Assembly (NCBI GenBank): GCA_002422165.1
Contig: DITQ01000008.1
Span: forward strand, 35,136-99,135
DNA from: Candidatus Pacebacteria bacterium UBA6180
Lineage (GTDB): Bacteria > Patescibacteriota > Microgenomatia > UBA1400 > PJMF01
Length of the DNA: 64,000 bases
Reading direction: 5' to 3'
Positions within the stretch are counted from its first letter, which is position 1. Every line of letters begins with the position of its first letter. This document shows positions 27,920 through 37,990 of this stretch, in pieces. Both the position numbers and the translations under genes were made by a program. The notes under the pieces were generated by a model. It saw only the letters and a list, made by a program, of their open reading frames with translations, did not search any database and had not been told where the DNA came from.

Positions 27920-30772
27920 ATGAAAATCAAAGACTTCAGGCAGACCCCCAATTTCCCAGAGTTAGAGCAAGCGGTGCTCGACTTTTGGGACAAGGACCAA
28001 ACCTTCGAGAAATCGGTGCAGAGCCGCAGCGAAGACCAGGCTTTTTCTTTTTATGATGGGCCGCCTTTTGCCACTGGTCTGCCTCACTATGGTCACCTGA
28101 TGCAATCGATTATCAAGGATTTGATTCCTCGTTACCAAACTATGCTCGGTAAAAGAGTTCGCCGAGTTTGGGGTTGGGACTGTCACGGCTTACCAGTCGA
28201 AAACATTATCGAAAAAGAACTCAAGTTGGATAGCAAAAAAGACATTGAAGGATATGGGGTGGGCAAATTCAACGAAGCTTGCCGCCAAACTGTTTTGACT
28301 TACGCAGAGGAGTGGAAAACGACCATTCGCCGCATCGGTCGCTGGATCGACATGGATCACGCTTACAAAACCATGGACAAAGACTTCATGGAGACCGTTT
28401 GGTGGGTTTTCCGCCAGCTTTGGGACAAGGGTCTGATCTACAAAAGCCACAAATCGATGCACATTTGCCCGCGTTGCGGCACACCTCTGTCCAACTTCGA
28501 GGTTACTCAGGGTTATAAAGATGTCAAAGACATCTCCGTTTTTGCCAAATTTGAACTACAGGGCGCGGCTAAGCAGCTTGGCGTGGAAACCAATGAGAAA
28601 ATTTATGCTGTCGCCTGGACGACCACGCCTTGGACTTTGCCAGGAAACGTTTTGCTGGCTGTTGGCCCAGCGCTCGAGTATGTCTTAGTCAAAATTGCGG
28701 ATGAAGAAGGTCTAGTGGTGGTGGCCAAAAATCGCCTCGCTGAGGTAATTGCTGATCGAGATTTTGAGTTAGTCAGTGAAGATTTTCTCGGTGCCAAGCT
28801 GGCTGGTTTGACTTACACGCCAGTTTTTCCATATTTTGCCTCGTGGCAGAAGGCTTTTCGGGTAGTGACGGGTGACTTTGTTACTCTAGAAGATGGCGCT
28901 GGCATTGTGCACATCGCGCCAGCTTTTGGCGAGGACGATTATAATCTCGGCAAAGCCGAGGGTATCGAACTGCTCCAGCACGTCGGTATGGATGGCCGCT
29001 TTACTGAGGCAGTCACAGATTTTGCCGGCTTAGAAGTCAAACCCAAAGATACCCCACAGACGACTGATATCGAAATTATTAAATACTTAGCGGCTCATGG
29101 CAGCCTTTTCGCCAAAAAGAAAATTGAACACAGTTATCCACATTGCTGGCGTTGTGATACACCCCTACTTAACTACGCCACAGACAGTTGGTACGTCAAG
29201 GTTAGCTCCTTCAAGAAACAGTTGCTCGCCAACAACGAAAAAATCAATTGGCAGCCCGACCATATTAAACACGGCCGCTTCGGCAAATGGCTGGAGGGCG
29301 CGCGCGACTGGGCTATTTCGCGCAATCGCTACTGGGGCACGCCTCTGCCCATCTGGGAAAGTGAGCGTGGCGACTTCATTTGTGTTGGTTCAGTCGAAGA
29401 ACTAGAGCAACTCTCTGGTCAAAAAGTCACTGATTTGCACAAGCACATTGTCGATGAGATTTCCTTCGTCAAAGATGGTCAGACCTATCGCCACATTCCA
29501 GAAGTTTTGGATTGTTGGTTTGAGTCGGGGTCGATGCCATATGGCGAACTGCATTATCCCTTTGCCAATCAGGACTTTTTCAAGCGCTCTTTCCCTGCAG
29601 ACTTCATTTCGGAGGGTCAGGATCAGACGCGCGGCTGGTTTTACACTTTGCACGTCTTAGCGACGGCTTTGACCTTGGGCGAGGAAAAAGAAACTAGTTC
29701 CTTCAAAAACGTCATGTGTACTGGTTTAATCATGGCTTCGGATGGCAAAAAGATGAGCAAGCGCCTCAAGAACTATCCAGAGCCAGGAGCGATTTTGGAA
29801 GCTTACGGGGCGGATGCCTTGCGCCTCTACATGATGTCTTCGCCAGCAGTCAAAGCGGAAACCCTTAATTTTGCCGAAACGGACGTGGCCAATTTGCGCC
29901 GCCGAGTTTTTGTGATCTGGTGGAATGTGCTGGCTTTTTATAAGTCTTTTGCTGATCAAGAAGCAGGCTTTTTTGATCTTGAAAGCGGCAAGCTGCCCAG
30001 CAACTTGCTTGATCGCTTCATGCTGAGTCGCTTGCAAGGCTTGGTCAAAGAATTGCGCCAGCATCTCGATGCTTACGATGTGATGAAGGCAAGTCGCTTG
30101 CTGGCACCATTTATTGATGAATTGTCGACCTGGTATTTGCGCCTGAGTCGCGAGCGCCTCAAAGCGAGCGACAATAAAGAAGTTAGTCAAGTTTTTGCTA
30201 CCCTGATCTATGAGTTGGCCAAGGCTTTTGCACCAGTGGTGCCATTTTTTACTGAAGTCATCCATCACAACATGGTCGACGAGCACAGCTCGATTCACCT
30301 GGAGAGCTTCCCAGAGTACCGCGGCAACCTGCAAGATTTAGAGCTAGAGCAGGCCATGCAAACCATGCGCCAGATCGTCGAACTAGCCCACGCCAAGCGT
30401 AAAACTGCAGGAGTCAAGGCCCGCCAGCCACTCGCCAGCCTGACTGTTCAGGGTGTGGCGCGCTCGGTTTATCGGGCAGAGTTGACTGCGTTGCTTGAAA
30501 TGGAGCTTAATGTCAAAGAGGTCCTGTGGCAAGAAGCTGAGGGTAATCTGGAGGTTATTTTCGACTTCGCTCTGACGCCGGCTTTAGAGGCGGAGGGTAA
30601 AGCTCGCGATTTGATTCGCCAGATTCAGGACTTGCGCAAGGAGGCTAAGTTGGCATTAGATGAGCTGGTGCAGATGCAATTACCGGCTTGGCCAGAGGCG
30701 TGGCAAGAAGAGATTGAGAGCAAGACCAACACGAATTTGGTCAAGGGTGAAGAAGTGATGCTGTTAACTTAA
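27920..30772 (+). CDS. ileS: Isoleucyl-tRNA synthetase (type 2, eukaryote-like)
   Basis: HYGH (PPFATGLPHYGH), WDCHGLP and KMSKR motifs. 950 aa. Confidence 0.9.
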   Translation: MKIKDFRQTPNFPELEQAVLDFWDKDQTFEKSVQSRSEDQAFSFYDGPPFATGLPHYGHLMQSIIKDLIPRYQTMLGKRVRRVWGWDCHGLPVENIIEKELKLDSKKDIEGYGVGKFNEACRQTVLTYAEEWKTTIRRIGRWIDMDHAYKTMDKDFMETVWWVFRQLWDKGLIYKSHKSMHICPRCGTPLSNFEVTQGYKDVKDISVFAKFELQGAAKQLGVETNEKIYAVAWTTTPWTLPGNVLLAVGPALEYVLVKIADEEGLVVVAKNRLAEVIADRDFELVSEDFLGAKLAGLTYTPVFPYFASWQKAFRVVTGDFVTLEDGAGIVHIAPAFGEDDYNLGKAEGIELLQHVGMDGRFTEAVTDFAGLEVKPKDTPQTTDIEIIKYLAAHGSLFAKKKIEHSYPHCWRCDTPLLNYATDSWYVKVSSFKKQLLANNEKINWQPDHIKHGRFGKWLEGARDWAISRNRYWGTPLPIWESERGDFICVGSVEELEQLSGQKVTDLHKHIVDEISFVKDGQTYRHIPEVLDCWFESGSMPYGELHYPFANQDFFKRSFPADFISEGQDQTRGWFYTLHVLATALTLGEEKETSSFKNVMCTGLIMASDGKKMSKRLKNYPEPGAILEAYGADALRLYMMSSPAVKAETLNFAETDVANLRRRVFVIWWNVLAFYKSFADQEAGFFDLESGKLPSNLLDRFMLSRLQGLVKELRQHLDAYDVMKASRLLAPFIDELSTWYLRLSRERLKASDNKEVSQVFATLIYELAKAFAPVVPFFTEVIHHNMVDEHSSIHLESFPEYRGNLQDLELEQAMQTMRQIVELAHAKRKTAGVKARQPLASLTVQGVARSVYRAELTALLEMELNVKEVLWQEAEGNLEVIFDFALTPALEAEGKARDLIRQIQDLRKEAKLALDELVQMQLPAWPEAWQEEIESKTNTNLVKGEEVMLLT

Positions 30773-30788
30773 GCTAAGAAAGGTAAAG

Positions 30789-31124
30789 ATGGCAACTTAC
30801 GAAGATTTTGTGAAATTAGATATCAGAGTTGGACAAATTGTGGCGGTTGAGGATTTTCCAGAGGCCCGTAAGCCAGCTTACAAATTGACCATCGATTTTG
30901 GTCGGGAAATTGGCCAGAAGAGATCGAGCGCGCAGTTGGTCAAGCATTACAGTAAAGAACAGCTACAAGGCAAACTGGTGCTGGGGGTAGTCAATTTTCC
31001 ACCGCGCCAGATTGGACCTTTTGTTTCGGAGGTGTTGACCCTGGGCGTGCCCGATGCCGATGGTGAGTGTGTGCTGATTACTCCAGATAAACAGCAGGCA
31101 GTGGTGGGTGGTAAACTGTTTTAA
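30789..31124 (+). CDS. csaA: tRNA-binding domain protein (CsaA/Trbp111-like, EMAP fold)
   Basis: 111 aa (…KLDIRVGQIV…NFPPRQIGPFVSEV…). SD AAAGG upstream. Confidence 0.8.
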   Translation: MATYEDFVKLDIRVGQIVAVEDFPEARKPAYKLTIDFGREIGQKRSSAQLVKHYSKEQLQGKLVLGVVNFPPRQIGPFVSEVLTLGVPDADGECVLITPDKQQAVVGGKLF

Positions 31125-31140
31125 TAGGTCATCGAAAACC

Positions 31141-32235
31141 ATGCGCAAATACTTTTTGCCAGCAACTTTGTTTCTTTTTGCTTTGTTGTCTTTGACTACT
31201 TTGCGCAGCATAGTGCCAGATCTGCTATACAAGCAGGCAATTGCTTTTGGCTTGGCCTTTATTTTGTTTTTCTTGACCTGCCAATTGCCTTTTAAATTGC
31301 ACCTGCAGATGAGCAAATGGCTTTATTTGGGTCTGAATTTAATTTTGCTTGGACTTTTAATCTACGGTTCAGTGACCAGAGGAATTTCTGCTTGGATTAC
31401 TCTGCCTTTTGGTTTTAAGTTTCAGCCTTCACAGTTCGCGATTCCAATTGTCGCTTTATACTTGGCGAATTTTTTTGGTAAGGCCAAGCGCTTCAGCTGG
31501 TTTTCATTAGGGCAAACTTTAGCGATCATTGTTTTGCCCTTTTTGCTAATTTTAGTGCAACCTGATTTTGGCACAGCCATAGTGTATTTGGCGGCGCTAG
31601 CGGTCTTCATACTTTTTAACCACTTGAGCTTCAGGCAGTTTTTATTGCTTGTTTTAGCGGCGCTTCTGTCCTTGATGTTCTTGTGGACAGTGATTTTCAA
31701 AGACTATCAGCGTAGCCGAATTATGGGCTTTTTACACTTACAACAAGGACAAGTGACGCAGCAGAGCGCCCAGACAGAAAGCAGTAGTGCCTACAATGCT
31801 CGCCAGGCCTTGATTGCGGTTGGCAGCGGTCAGTTTTGGGGGCGTGGAATTGGTCAGGGAGTGCAATCGCACTTGCGTTTCTTGCCGGAGCGCCAGACGG
31901 ACTTTATTTTTGCTTCTTTTGTCGAGGAATGGGGTTTTGTCGGCGCGGCCTTCTTACTTGGTTTGTACTTTGCACTGATCCTTTTCCTCTGGCATTTTGC
32001 TTGGTTGGCGCAAGCTTTTCGTGAACAACTGTACATTTTGGCGACGCTGGTGATGTTTCTGGTGCAAATTTTTATCAACGTGGGGATGAACCTGGCGATT
32101 TTACCGATCACCGGCATCACGCTACCTTTCCTCTCCTATGGTGGAAGCAGCGTCTTGGCACTTTTTTACGCATTGGGGGTGGTGCAAGCCATCGTGGCGA
32201 CCTTGCCCAAGAAAGCGACTTGGAGCTTTTATTAA
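31141..32235 (+). CDS. rodA: SEDS-family protein, RodA-like (second FtsW/RodA paralog)
   Basis: Start chosen at ATG 31141 (MRKYFLP…) to avoid overlap with csaA. QPDFGT and C-terminal SEDS motifs. Confidence 0.7.
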   Translation: MRKYFLPATLFLFALLSLTTLRSIVPDLLYKQAIAFGLAFILFFLTCQLPFKLHLQMSKWLYLGLNLILLGLLIYGSVTRGISAWITLPFGFKFQPSQFAIPIVALYLANFFGKAKRFSWFSLGQTLAIIVLPFLLILVQPDFGTAIVYLAALAVFILFNHLSFRQFLLLVLAALLSLMFLWTVIFKDYQRSRIMGFLHLQQGQVTQQSAQTESSSAYNARQALIAVGSGQFWGRGIGQGVQSHLRFLPERQTDFIFASFVEEWGFVGAAFLLGLYFALILFLWHFAWLAQAFREQLYILATLVMFLVQIFINVGMNLAILPITGITLPFLSYGGSSVLALFYALGVVQAIVATLPKKATWSFY

Positions 32236-32266
32236 CTCTAGAGTTCTGATATAATCCTCTTTCGTT

Positions 32267-32581
32267 ATGTCAAAGTACGCCGTTATCCAATTACAAGGTA
32301 AACAATATCAAGTCCAGGAGGGCGATGAGTTTTTGGTCGATCAGCTGGGTCAAGATGCTGGCAGTAAGTTCGACGTCACTGATGTTTTGCTCTTGGTCGA
32401 TGGTGAAAAGAAAAAAATTGGCCAGCCTCTAGTCGCTGGTTCTAAGGTTTCCTGTGAATTAATTTCCAACCAAAAAGGCGAGAAGATTCGCGTCGCCAAA
32501 TACAAGTCTAAATCTCGATATCGCAAGGTGCATGGGCATCGCCAGTATCAGAGCACGGTCAAGGTCTTAAGCATCGCTTAA
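32267..32581 (+). CDS. rplU: 50S ribosomal protein L21
   Basis: MSKYAVIQLQGKQYQVQEGD… is canonical L21. Confidence 0.9.
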   Translation: MSKYAVIQLQGKQYQVQEGDEFLVDQLGQDAGSKFDVTDVLLLVDGEKKKIGQPLVAGSKVSCELISNQKGEKIRVAKYKSKSRYRKVHGHRQYQSTVKVLSIA

Positions 32582-32606
32582 GAATTCTAGCCGAGCTAAG
32601 TCCGCC

Positions 32607-33770
32607 ATGAACTCACTGTCTAAATTTCTCGTTTTGTTTGGTAACACCACCCTCTTGTCCAAACTAGAGTTTGAGTCTCTGTACCCTACTTTGTCATTGA
32701 CTAAACTCGACGAACATCTCTACTCTTTCGAGAGTGAAACTGATTTGTCAACTGAGATGATGGAGGTTCTTGGTGGCACAGTCAAAATTTTTGGGGTGGT
32801 CAAGGAATTTGAATCAAATATCGCCGATGAGACTTTGATCGAAGAAATTGTCGCCTTGCTTTTGAGTCAGACTGATGAGCCTTATTTTACTTTCAGTCAA
32901 ACTGGCAAAGGACAGCGCGAAATTAGCAACGCTGATATCAAGGATTTAATCAAAGAAAATGGCAAAAAAGCTCGCTATTTCTCTGGCGAGCTCAGCGAAA
33001 GCGCTTTACTCTCGCACAAGAGTAAAGCCACGGAGCTGCTCAGCTTCAACGATAAAGTCAGTGGCAAATTGATTTTGGCCCAACTGCGCGTCGTTCAAGA
33101 CATCGATGATTGGACCAAGCGTGATCGCAATAAGCCCTACGCTGACCGTAAAAAAGGTATGTTGCCGCCAAAAGTGGCGAGAATGATGGTTAATATCGCT
33201 TCTGGTTTATGGCAGCAAAAAAATGAAGCCAAACCTCTTCTTTATGATCCCTTCTGCGGCACTGGCACGGTCTTACTCGAAGCAGGCATGCGCGACCTGG
33301 ATGTCTACGGTTCCGACATTGACCAAAATGCAGTTTTTGGTAGTCGCGACAACCTCGAGTGGTTTAAGCAGGAATATGGCAAGCAAATTGAGAGCAAAGT
33401 TTTTTACATGGATGCTGGTCACCTCGACCTAGCAACTTTTACCAGCAAGGTTGACCTCTTGGTCACTGAGCCTTTTCTCGGCAAGCAAACCCCGCGTGAC
33501 AGCGAGCTAGCCAATGTTTTCAAAGGTTTAGAGAAAATGTACTTGGGCTCTTTCAAGTCCTTCACCAAAGTTCTAAGTGACGGTGCGGTAGTGGCCATTG
33601 TTTTCCCAAGAGTCAGCACCGCCAAAAGAACTTATTCACTCGACAGTTTAATTGACAAATTAAAGACAAAAGGATACAATCTTGTGGTCGATCCGGTCCT
33701 CTACGCTCGAGAAGGAGCGCGAGTTGCTAGACAAATTTGTTTGTTTAGTTTCCATTCGTCAATCAAGTAA
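32607..33770 (+). CDS. Putative RNA methyltransferase, UPF0020/Trm11/RlmL-like Rossmann domain with a long unique N-terminal region
   Basis: LYDPFCGTGTVLLEA SAM-binding motif I. Inserted between rplU and rpmA. Confidence 0.55.
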   Translation: MNSLSKFLVLFGNTTLLSKLEFESLYPTLSLTKLDEHLYSFESETDLSTEMMEVLGGTVKIFGVVKEFESNIADETLIEEIVALLLSQTDEPYFTFSQTGKGQREISNADIKDLIKENGKKARYFSGELSESALLSHKSKATELLSFNDKVSGKLILAQLRVVQDIDDWTKRDRNKPYADRKKGMLPPKVARMMVNIASGLWQQKNEAKPLLYDPFCGTGTVLLEAGMRDLDVYGSDIDQNAVFGSRDNLEWFKQEYGKQIESKVFYMDAGHLDLATFTSKVDLLVTEPFLGKQTPRDSELANVFKGLEKMYLGSFKSFTKVLSDGAVVAIVFPRVSTAKRTYSLDSLIDKLKTKGYNLVVDPVLYAREGARVARQICLFSFHSSIK

Positions 33771-33786
33771 AATTTAGGAAATACAT

Positions 33787-34044
33787 ATGGCACACGTCAA
33801 AGGTTCAGGTAGCGTTAATCAACACGCCCAAGGTAAAAGACACGGTAAGCGTTTCGGCGTCAAAAAATACGCTGGTGAAAAAATCGCTGTCGGTCAAATC
33901 ATCGTTCGCCAAAAAGGCGCCAAGTACAAAGCCGGTCACGGTGTTAAATTTGGTCACGATTGGACCGTATTCTCCATGATTGATGGTGTCGTCAAATTCA
34001 GCAAGAAATTTGGCAAGACTGTGGTGAATGTGGTGAAGGGGTAA
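33787..34044 (+). CDS. rpmA: 50S ribosomal protein L27
   Basis: MAHVKGSGS…GKRFGVK…IIVRQKG… is canonical L27 without an N-terminal propeptide. SD AGGAAA upstream. Confidence 0.95.
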   Translation: MAHVKGSGSVNQHAQGKRHGKRFGVKKYAGEKIAVGQIIVRQKGAKYKAGHGVKFGHDWTVFSMIDGVVKFSKKFGKTVVNVVKG

Positions 34045-34071
34045 AATAGCAGCATTTCAGATTAAATTAGA

Positions 34072-34107
34072 AATCCTCAGTTAAAAACTGAGGATTTTTT
34101 GTTTTTT
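34072..34107 (+). terminator. Intrinsic terminator after rpmA
   Basis: Perfect 9-bp stem AATCCTCAG / CTGAGGATT, loop TTAAAAA, then TTTTTGTTTTT. Confidence 0.75.
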
Positions 34108-34147
34108 CCCGTGAAAAATTTGATCCATTGTGTTATACATAAAGTAT

Positions 34148-34972
34148 ATGTCGCTCAACGTCCAAAAACTCGCTATCAATTATCTACAACCCAACCCTTT
34201 CCAGCCAAGAGATAAAGTCAAAAAGGAAGACATTGCCGAACTAGTCGAGTCGATTCGTATCCACGGTATTCTCGAGCCGCTGGTTATCGCAGAAACTCCG
34301 GCTGGTTTTCAGATTATTGCTGGCGAGAGACGCTGGCGAGCAGCCAAGATTTTAGGCTTGCCAGAAGTGCCAGTTTACATCAAGAAAACCAGTCCCCAGG
34401 GAATGTTGGAGATGGCCATCGTTGAAAATGTCCAGCGCCACGACCTCAATCCAATCGAGCGTGCCCAATCTTTTCAGCGTTTGCAGCGAGAATTTGGCTT
34501 GTCTACCACTGACGTTGCCAAGCGCATTGGCAAATCACCTGCTTACATTAGCAACAGTTTTAAGCTCTTGACCTTGCCAGATGCCATCAGCGATGGTCTG
34601 CTCAGTGAACAAATTAGTGAAGGTCACGCCAGAGCCCTGGCTAGTATTGGTTCACCAGAGGCGATGATTGCTTGTTACAAAATGGTGCTCAAGGAAAATG
34701 CCTCGGTGCGGCGCACGGAAGAATTGGTTAGGCGATTCAAGAACAACGAGCTCACCACTAGCAAAAAAGACGAGGGTCGTGGTCGCCCACTCAATCAAGA
34801 TGAGCAGCAGGTAGCGGTCTGGGAAAATAAGCTCAAGGAATACTTCAAAAACCAAGCCAGCCTCAAAGTCATTCGCTCGCGCAAACAAACTAAGATCACC
34901 ATTACTTTAACCGGCTCACCAGACAAAACTCAGGAGGATTTAGAAAAGCTGATGAAAATTGCCAAAAGCTAA
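34148..34972 (+). CDS. parB: ParB/Spo0J-like partition protein (no parA adjacent)
   Basis: ParB box (…IIAGERRWRAAK…) and an HTH region. Start moved to ATG 34148 (MSLNVQKL…) from the ORF-track GTG 34130. Confidence 0.75.
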   Translation: MSLNVQKLAINYLQPNPFQPRDKVKKEDIAELVESIRIHGILEPLVIAETPAGFQIIAGERRWRAAKILGLPEVPVYIKKTSPQGMLEMAIVENVQRHDLNPIERAQSFQRLQREFGLSTTDVAKRIGKSPAYISNSFKLLTLPDAISDGLLSEQISEGHARALASIGSPEAMIACYKMVLKENASVRRTEELVRRFKNNELTTSKKDEGRGRPLNQDEQQVAVWENKLKEYFKNQASLKVIRSRKQTKITITLTGSPDKTQEDLEKLMKIAKS

Positions 34973-34991
34973 ACTGAGGTCTTTTCCAAAC

Positions 34992-36755
34992 TTATTTATC
35001 CGGCGTAATATTCAAGAGAATCATTAATTTGTCAGCGACGCGATACCAGAGCGGTGCGGCAGTTTCGGCGGCCCAAGGGCTGGATTTAGTGTTTTCTAGT
35101 TTGACCAACATGGTGAAGCGCGGATTGCTAGCTGGGGCAAAACCTATGAAGCTAGCAATGGTCTCGTCTTGTTTATAACCACCATTTGGGTCTGGCACCT
35201 GCGAAGTGCCGGTTTTGGCGGCGACTGTGTACTTATCGGAAGCAATCCACTGGGCTTCGCCGTGGGCGGCGGCCTCTACCATCATTTCAGTGACGGTGGC
35301 CGCCGCCTCTCTAGAAATGATTTGCTCACCAGCCTTGACTTGGCTGACTATTTCTTGGCCAGTCTGCTGGTCGAGGACTTTTTCGATAATCAGTGGTTCA
35401 AGCATTTGTCCGCCATGAGCGATGACGTTGACAGCACGCAGCAGCTCCAAGCTGTTGGTGCTGATGCCTTGGCCAAAAGATATGGTGGCGGTTTCCACAG
35501 GACCAATTTTGCTTGGGAAAGGCGTGCGTGCGTCGTCTTGCAGGTCGAGATCAATTTGTTGACCGATACCAAATTTCTTGAGATAACTGACGAAGCGCTC
35601 AGTGCCGAGGAGATCGCTGATGAAAATCATGGCGGTATTATCAGACTTGGCTAGGGCGTCAGTCATCGAAATGTTGGGGTGATAGACGTCATTCCAAGTT
35701 TTGATTGAGTATTTGCCGATCTGTCGTGGTCCACTGCAGCGCGTACAAACTGTATTTGGGCTAATAACTTGACTATCGATACCAGCAGCCACAGTCAAAG
35801 TCTTAAAAGTCGAGCCTGGTTCATACAATCTAGTTAGGCTAGGGTTTTTGAGAATTTCGCCAGAATATTTGAAATATTGCCACTGTTGGTAATTGGGCCA
35901 GGCTGCCAAAGCTAAAATTTTACCAGTTTGACTATCTAGAATAATAATTTCACCGCGATCTGCCTGATAGCGTTCTATCCCCCACTTCAGATTTTGTTCG
36001 GCTAGGTGTTGGACGTCACGGCGAATGGTTAGAGTGACGTCGCGACCATTAAGGTTCTTGCTTTCATATTTCTGTCCAGCCAAGAGAAAACCCAGCGCAT
36101 CCATACGCAACCACTTGCTTTCTTGGCGAGCTTTTAGTTCATCTTCCAGAGCACCTTCGATACCATAACGACCAATTTCGTTGGCGTTTTCGTCTCGGCC
36201 GACGAAGCCAGTCAGGTGAGCAGCCATGGAAGCTTCTGGATAGAAGCGTTGGTAAGCCTCGTCGAAGTAAAGGTAAGGATTAGCCAGAGTTTCTATAGCA
36301 AGTTTTTGCTCGAGGCTTAGTTTATCGAGTAATTTAGGCCAGTTGCCACGACTATTAAATTTAGCGAGAATTTCTTCTCGCAGGGTTTCTCTGAACAGCA
36401 ATTGTTCTTCTTTGCCAAATAAATTTAGCTCCTGAAAACGTTGAGGGCTAACCAGTTCAGCCAGGCGTCCTGCCAGAGAGAGGGTGTCGCCTTGAAAATT
36501 TTTTTTATCTAATTTGAGCTCATAAACTTTTTGGTTGCCGACCAGAAGTGATCCGTCGCTGGTGAAAATTTGACCTCGTAGACCTTGATGGTCGAGTTTA
36601 CGCAAAGTTTGGGATTCCGAAGCTTCCTTGAGATTTTGTCCCATGATCACTTGCCAATAAAAAAGTCTGCCCAAGATGACAATCAAGCCTAAATAAAAAA
36701 ACAAGATAAATAATCTGCTGCGACGGCGATCAAATTGTTCTTCTGCTTCTCTCAT
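34992..36755 (-). CDS. ftsI: Peptidoglycan D,D-transpeptidase (class B PBP, FtsI-like)
   Basis: STFK, SDN and KTGT motifs. N-terminal TM plus a dimerisation domain. Confidence 0.85.
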   Translation of the reverse strand: MREAEEQFDRRRSRLFILFFYLGLIVILGRLFYWQVIMGQNLKEASESQTLRKLDHQGLRGQIFTSDGSLLVGNQKVYELKLDKKNFQGDTLSLAGRLAELVSPQRFQELNLFGKEEQLLFRETLREEILAKFNSRGNWPKLLDKLSLEQKLAIETLANPYLYFDEAYQRFYPEASMAAHLTGFVGRDENANEIGRYGIEGALEDELKARQESKWLRMDALGFLLAGQKYESKNLNGRDVTLTIRRDVQHLAEQNLKWGIERYQADRGEIIILDSQTGKILALAAWPNYQQWQYFKYSGEILKNPSLTRLYEPGSTFKTLTVAAGIDSQVISPNTVCTRCSGPRQIGKYSIKTWNDVYHPNISMTDALAKSDNTAMIFISDLLGTERFVSYLKKFGIGQQIDLDLQDDARTPFPSKIGPVETATISFGQGISTNSLELLRAVNVIAHGGQMLEPLIIEKVLDQQTGQEIVSQVKAGEQIISREAAATVTEMMVEAAAHGEAQWIASDKYTVAAKTGTSQVPDPNGGYKQDETIASFIGFAPASNPRFTMLVKLENTKSSPWAAETAAPLWYRVADKLMILLNITPDK

Positions 36756-36759
36756 GTTA

Positions 36760-37053
36760 TTAAGGTGTGAGGTCTAAGGCTAAGCTGGAAGATGCTCTTT
36801 GCACTACCACTACCTTAGAAATGCTGATATAGCCGTCCTCTTCTGTCTTACTAAGTGATTGCAAAGCTGTTTTCTCGGCTAATTGTTTGCTTCGTAGGAT
36901 TTGTTCTGCCTCTAGTGCAGCTTTCTTATTTTCTAGTAAGCTAATTCGCTGACCGTAACCAATGTTTTGACTGAGAGTAAAAACCGTGCTGAGTAATTGT
37001 AGGCACAGAGCAAAACTTAAAATTGCGTAGTAGATGGTGGTCTTTTTTTTCAT
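36760..37053 (-). CDS. ftsL: Cell division protein FtsL-like (septum formation initiator family)
   Basis: 97 aa with an N-terminal TM and a coiled coil. Lies between rsmH and ftsI. Confidence 0.5.
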   Translation of the reverse strand: MKKKTTIYYAILSFALCLQLLSTVFTLSQNIGYGQRISLLENKKAALEAEQILRSKQLAEKTALQSLSKTEEDGYISISKVVVVQRASSSLALDLTP

Positions 37054-37068
37054 TTGTTTTCTAGATTT

Positions 37069-37989
37069 CTAGAGAGCCACGGCTCTCAATTTGGCGCTGC
37101 GAGCTCGAGGGTTGTGATGCAACTCTTCCTCACTAGCAGTGATTGCCTTTTTGTTAATAAGTTTGCCCAAGTTATCAGCTTCAATTTGTTTAAAAAAAGT
37201 TTTGACTAAGCGATCTTCCCCTTCATGAAAAGCGATGGCGACCAGTCTCTTGTTGGCAGCTTTGCTAGTGCGCAGAATTTGCAGCGCTTGTGGCAAGGCA
37301 GTTTCGATGTTGCCAAGCTCATCGTTGACGATGATGCGCAAAGCCTGAAATGTTTTAGTGGCGGCGTGGATTTTTTGGCCATAGTGCCGGCCTTTGGCTT
37401 GTTCGACAATTTCAACCAAAGTGCTGACCAGATCTAAACTGCTTGGATCTTTTTTGCGCTGTTCGACGATTTTGCGAGCGATGGCTCGCGCATCAGTTTC
37501 GCCACCATATTCGAACAGCATTTTGGCTAGTTGCTTTTCATCTAGCAACTTGAGCAGATCACAAGCGCGCACGCCTAGGCGATCATCCATGCGCATATCA
37601 AGGGTTTCTTCCTGCGCTTCGAAACTGAAGCCGCGCTCCTTGGACATGAGTTGTTCAGTCGAAGTGCCGAAATCGAACAAAACACCACTGATTTCTAGGT
37701 CTAAACTTTTTTTAAGGTTCTTGATGCTATCCTGCATTTTGCTGAAGTTTTCACGCAGCAAGATGAGCTGATCATTCGCAATTTCTTTTTTAAAAAGCTC
37801 TTTGGCGGTCTCAATGCTTTGCTTGTCGAAGTCAAAAGCGATCACTTTTGCGCCGCGCTTGAGTATTTCTCGACTGTGGCCGCCGCGACCAAAAGTGGCA
37901 TCGATGTAATAGCAGCCTTTTTGCGGGTCAAGGGCTTCCAGAACTTCCTTGACCAGAACTGCTTGATGACTTGTGTTAGCTTGGTTCAT
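37069..37989 (-). CDS. rsmH: 16S rRNA (cytosine1402-N4)-methyltransferase
   Basis: …YIDATFGRGGHS… is the MraW signature. Confidence 0.9.
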   Translation of the reverse strand: MNQANTSHQAVLVKEVLEALDPQKGCYYIDATFGRGGHSREILKRGAKVIAFDFDKQSIETAKELFKKEIANDQLILLRENFSKMQDSIKNLKKSLDLEISGVLFDFGTSTEQLMSKERGFSFEAQEETLDMRMDDRLGVRACDLLKLLDEKQLAKMLFEYGGETDARAIARKIVEQRKKDPSSLDLVSTLVEIVEQAKGRHYGQKIHAATKTFQALRIIVNDELGNIETALPQALQILRTSKAANKRLVAIAFHEGEDRLVKTFFKQIEADNLGKLINKKAITASEEELHHNPRARSAKLRAVAL

Positions 37990-37990
37990 T

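Noticed and set aside
31108-31140. ORF-track upstream start of the RodA-like gene
   Set aside because: It overlaps the csaA 3' end. ATG 31141 gives a typical SEDS N-terminus.
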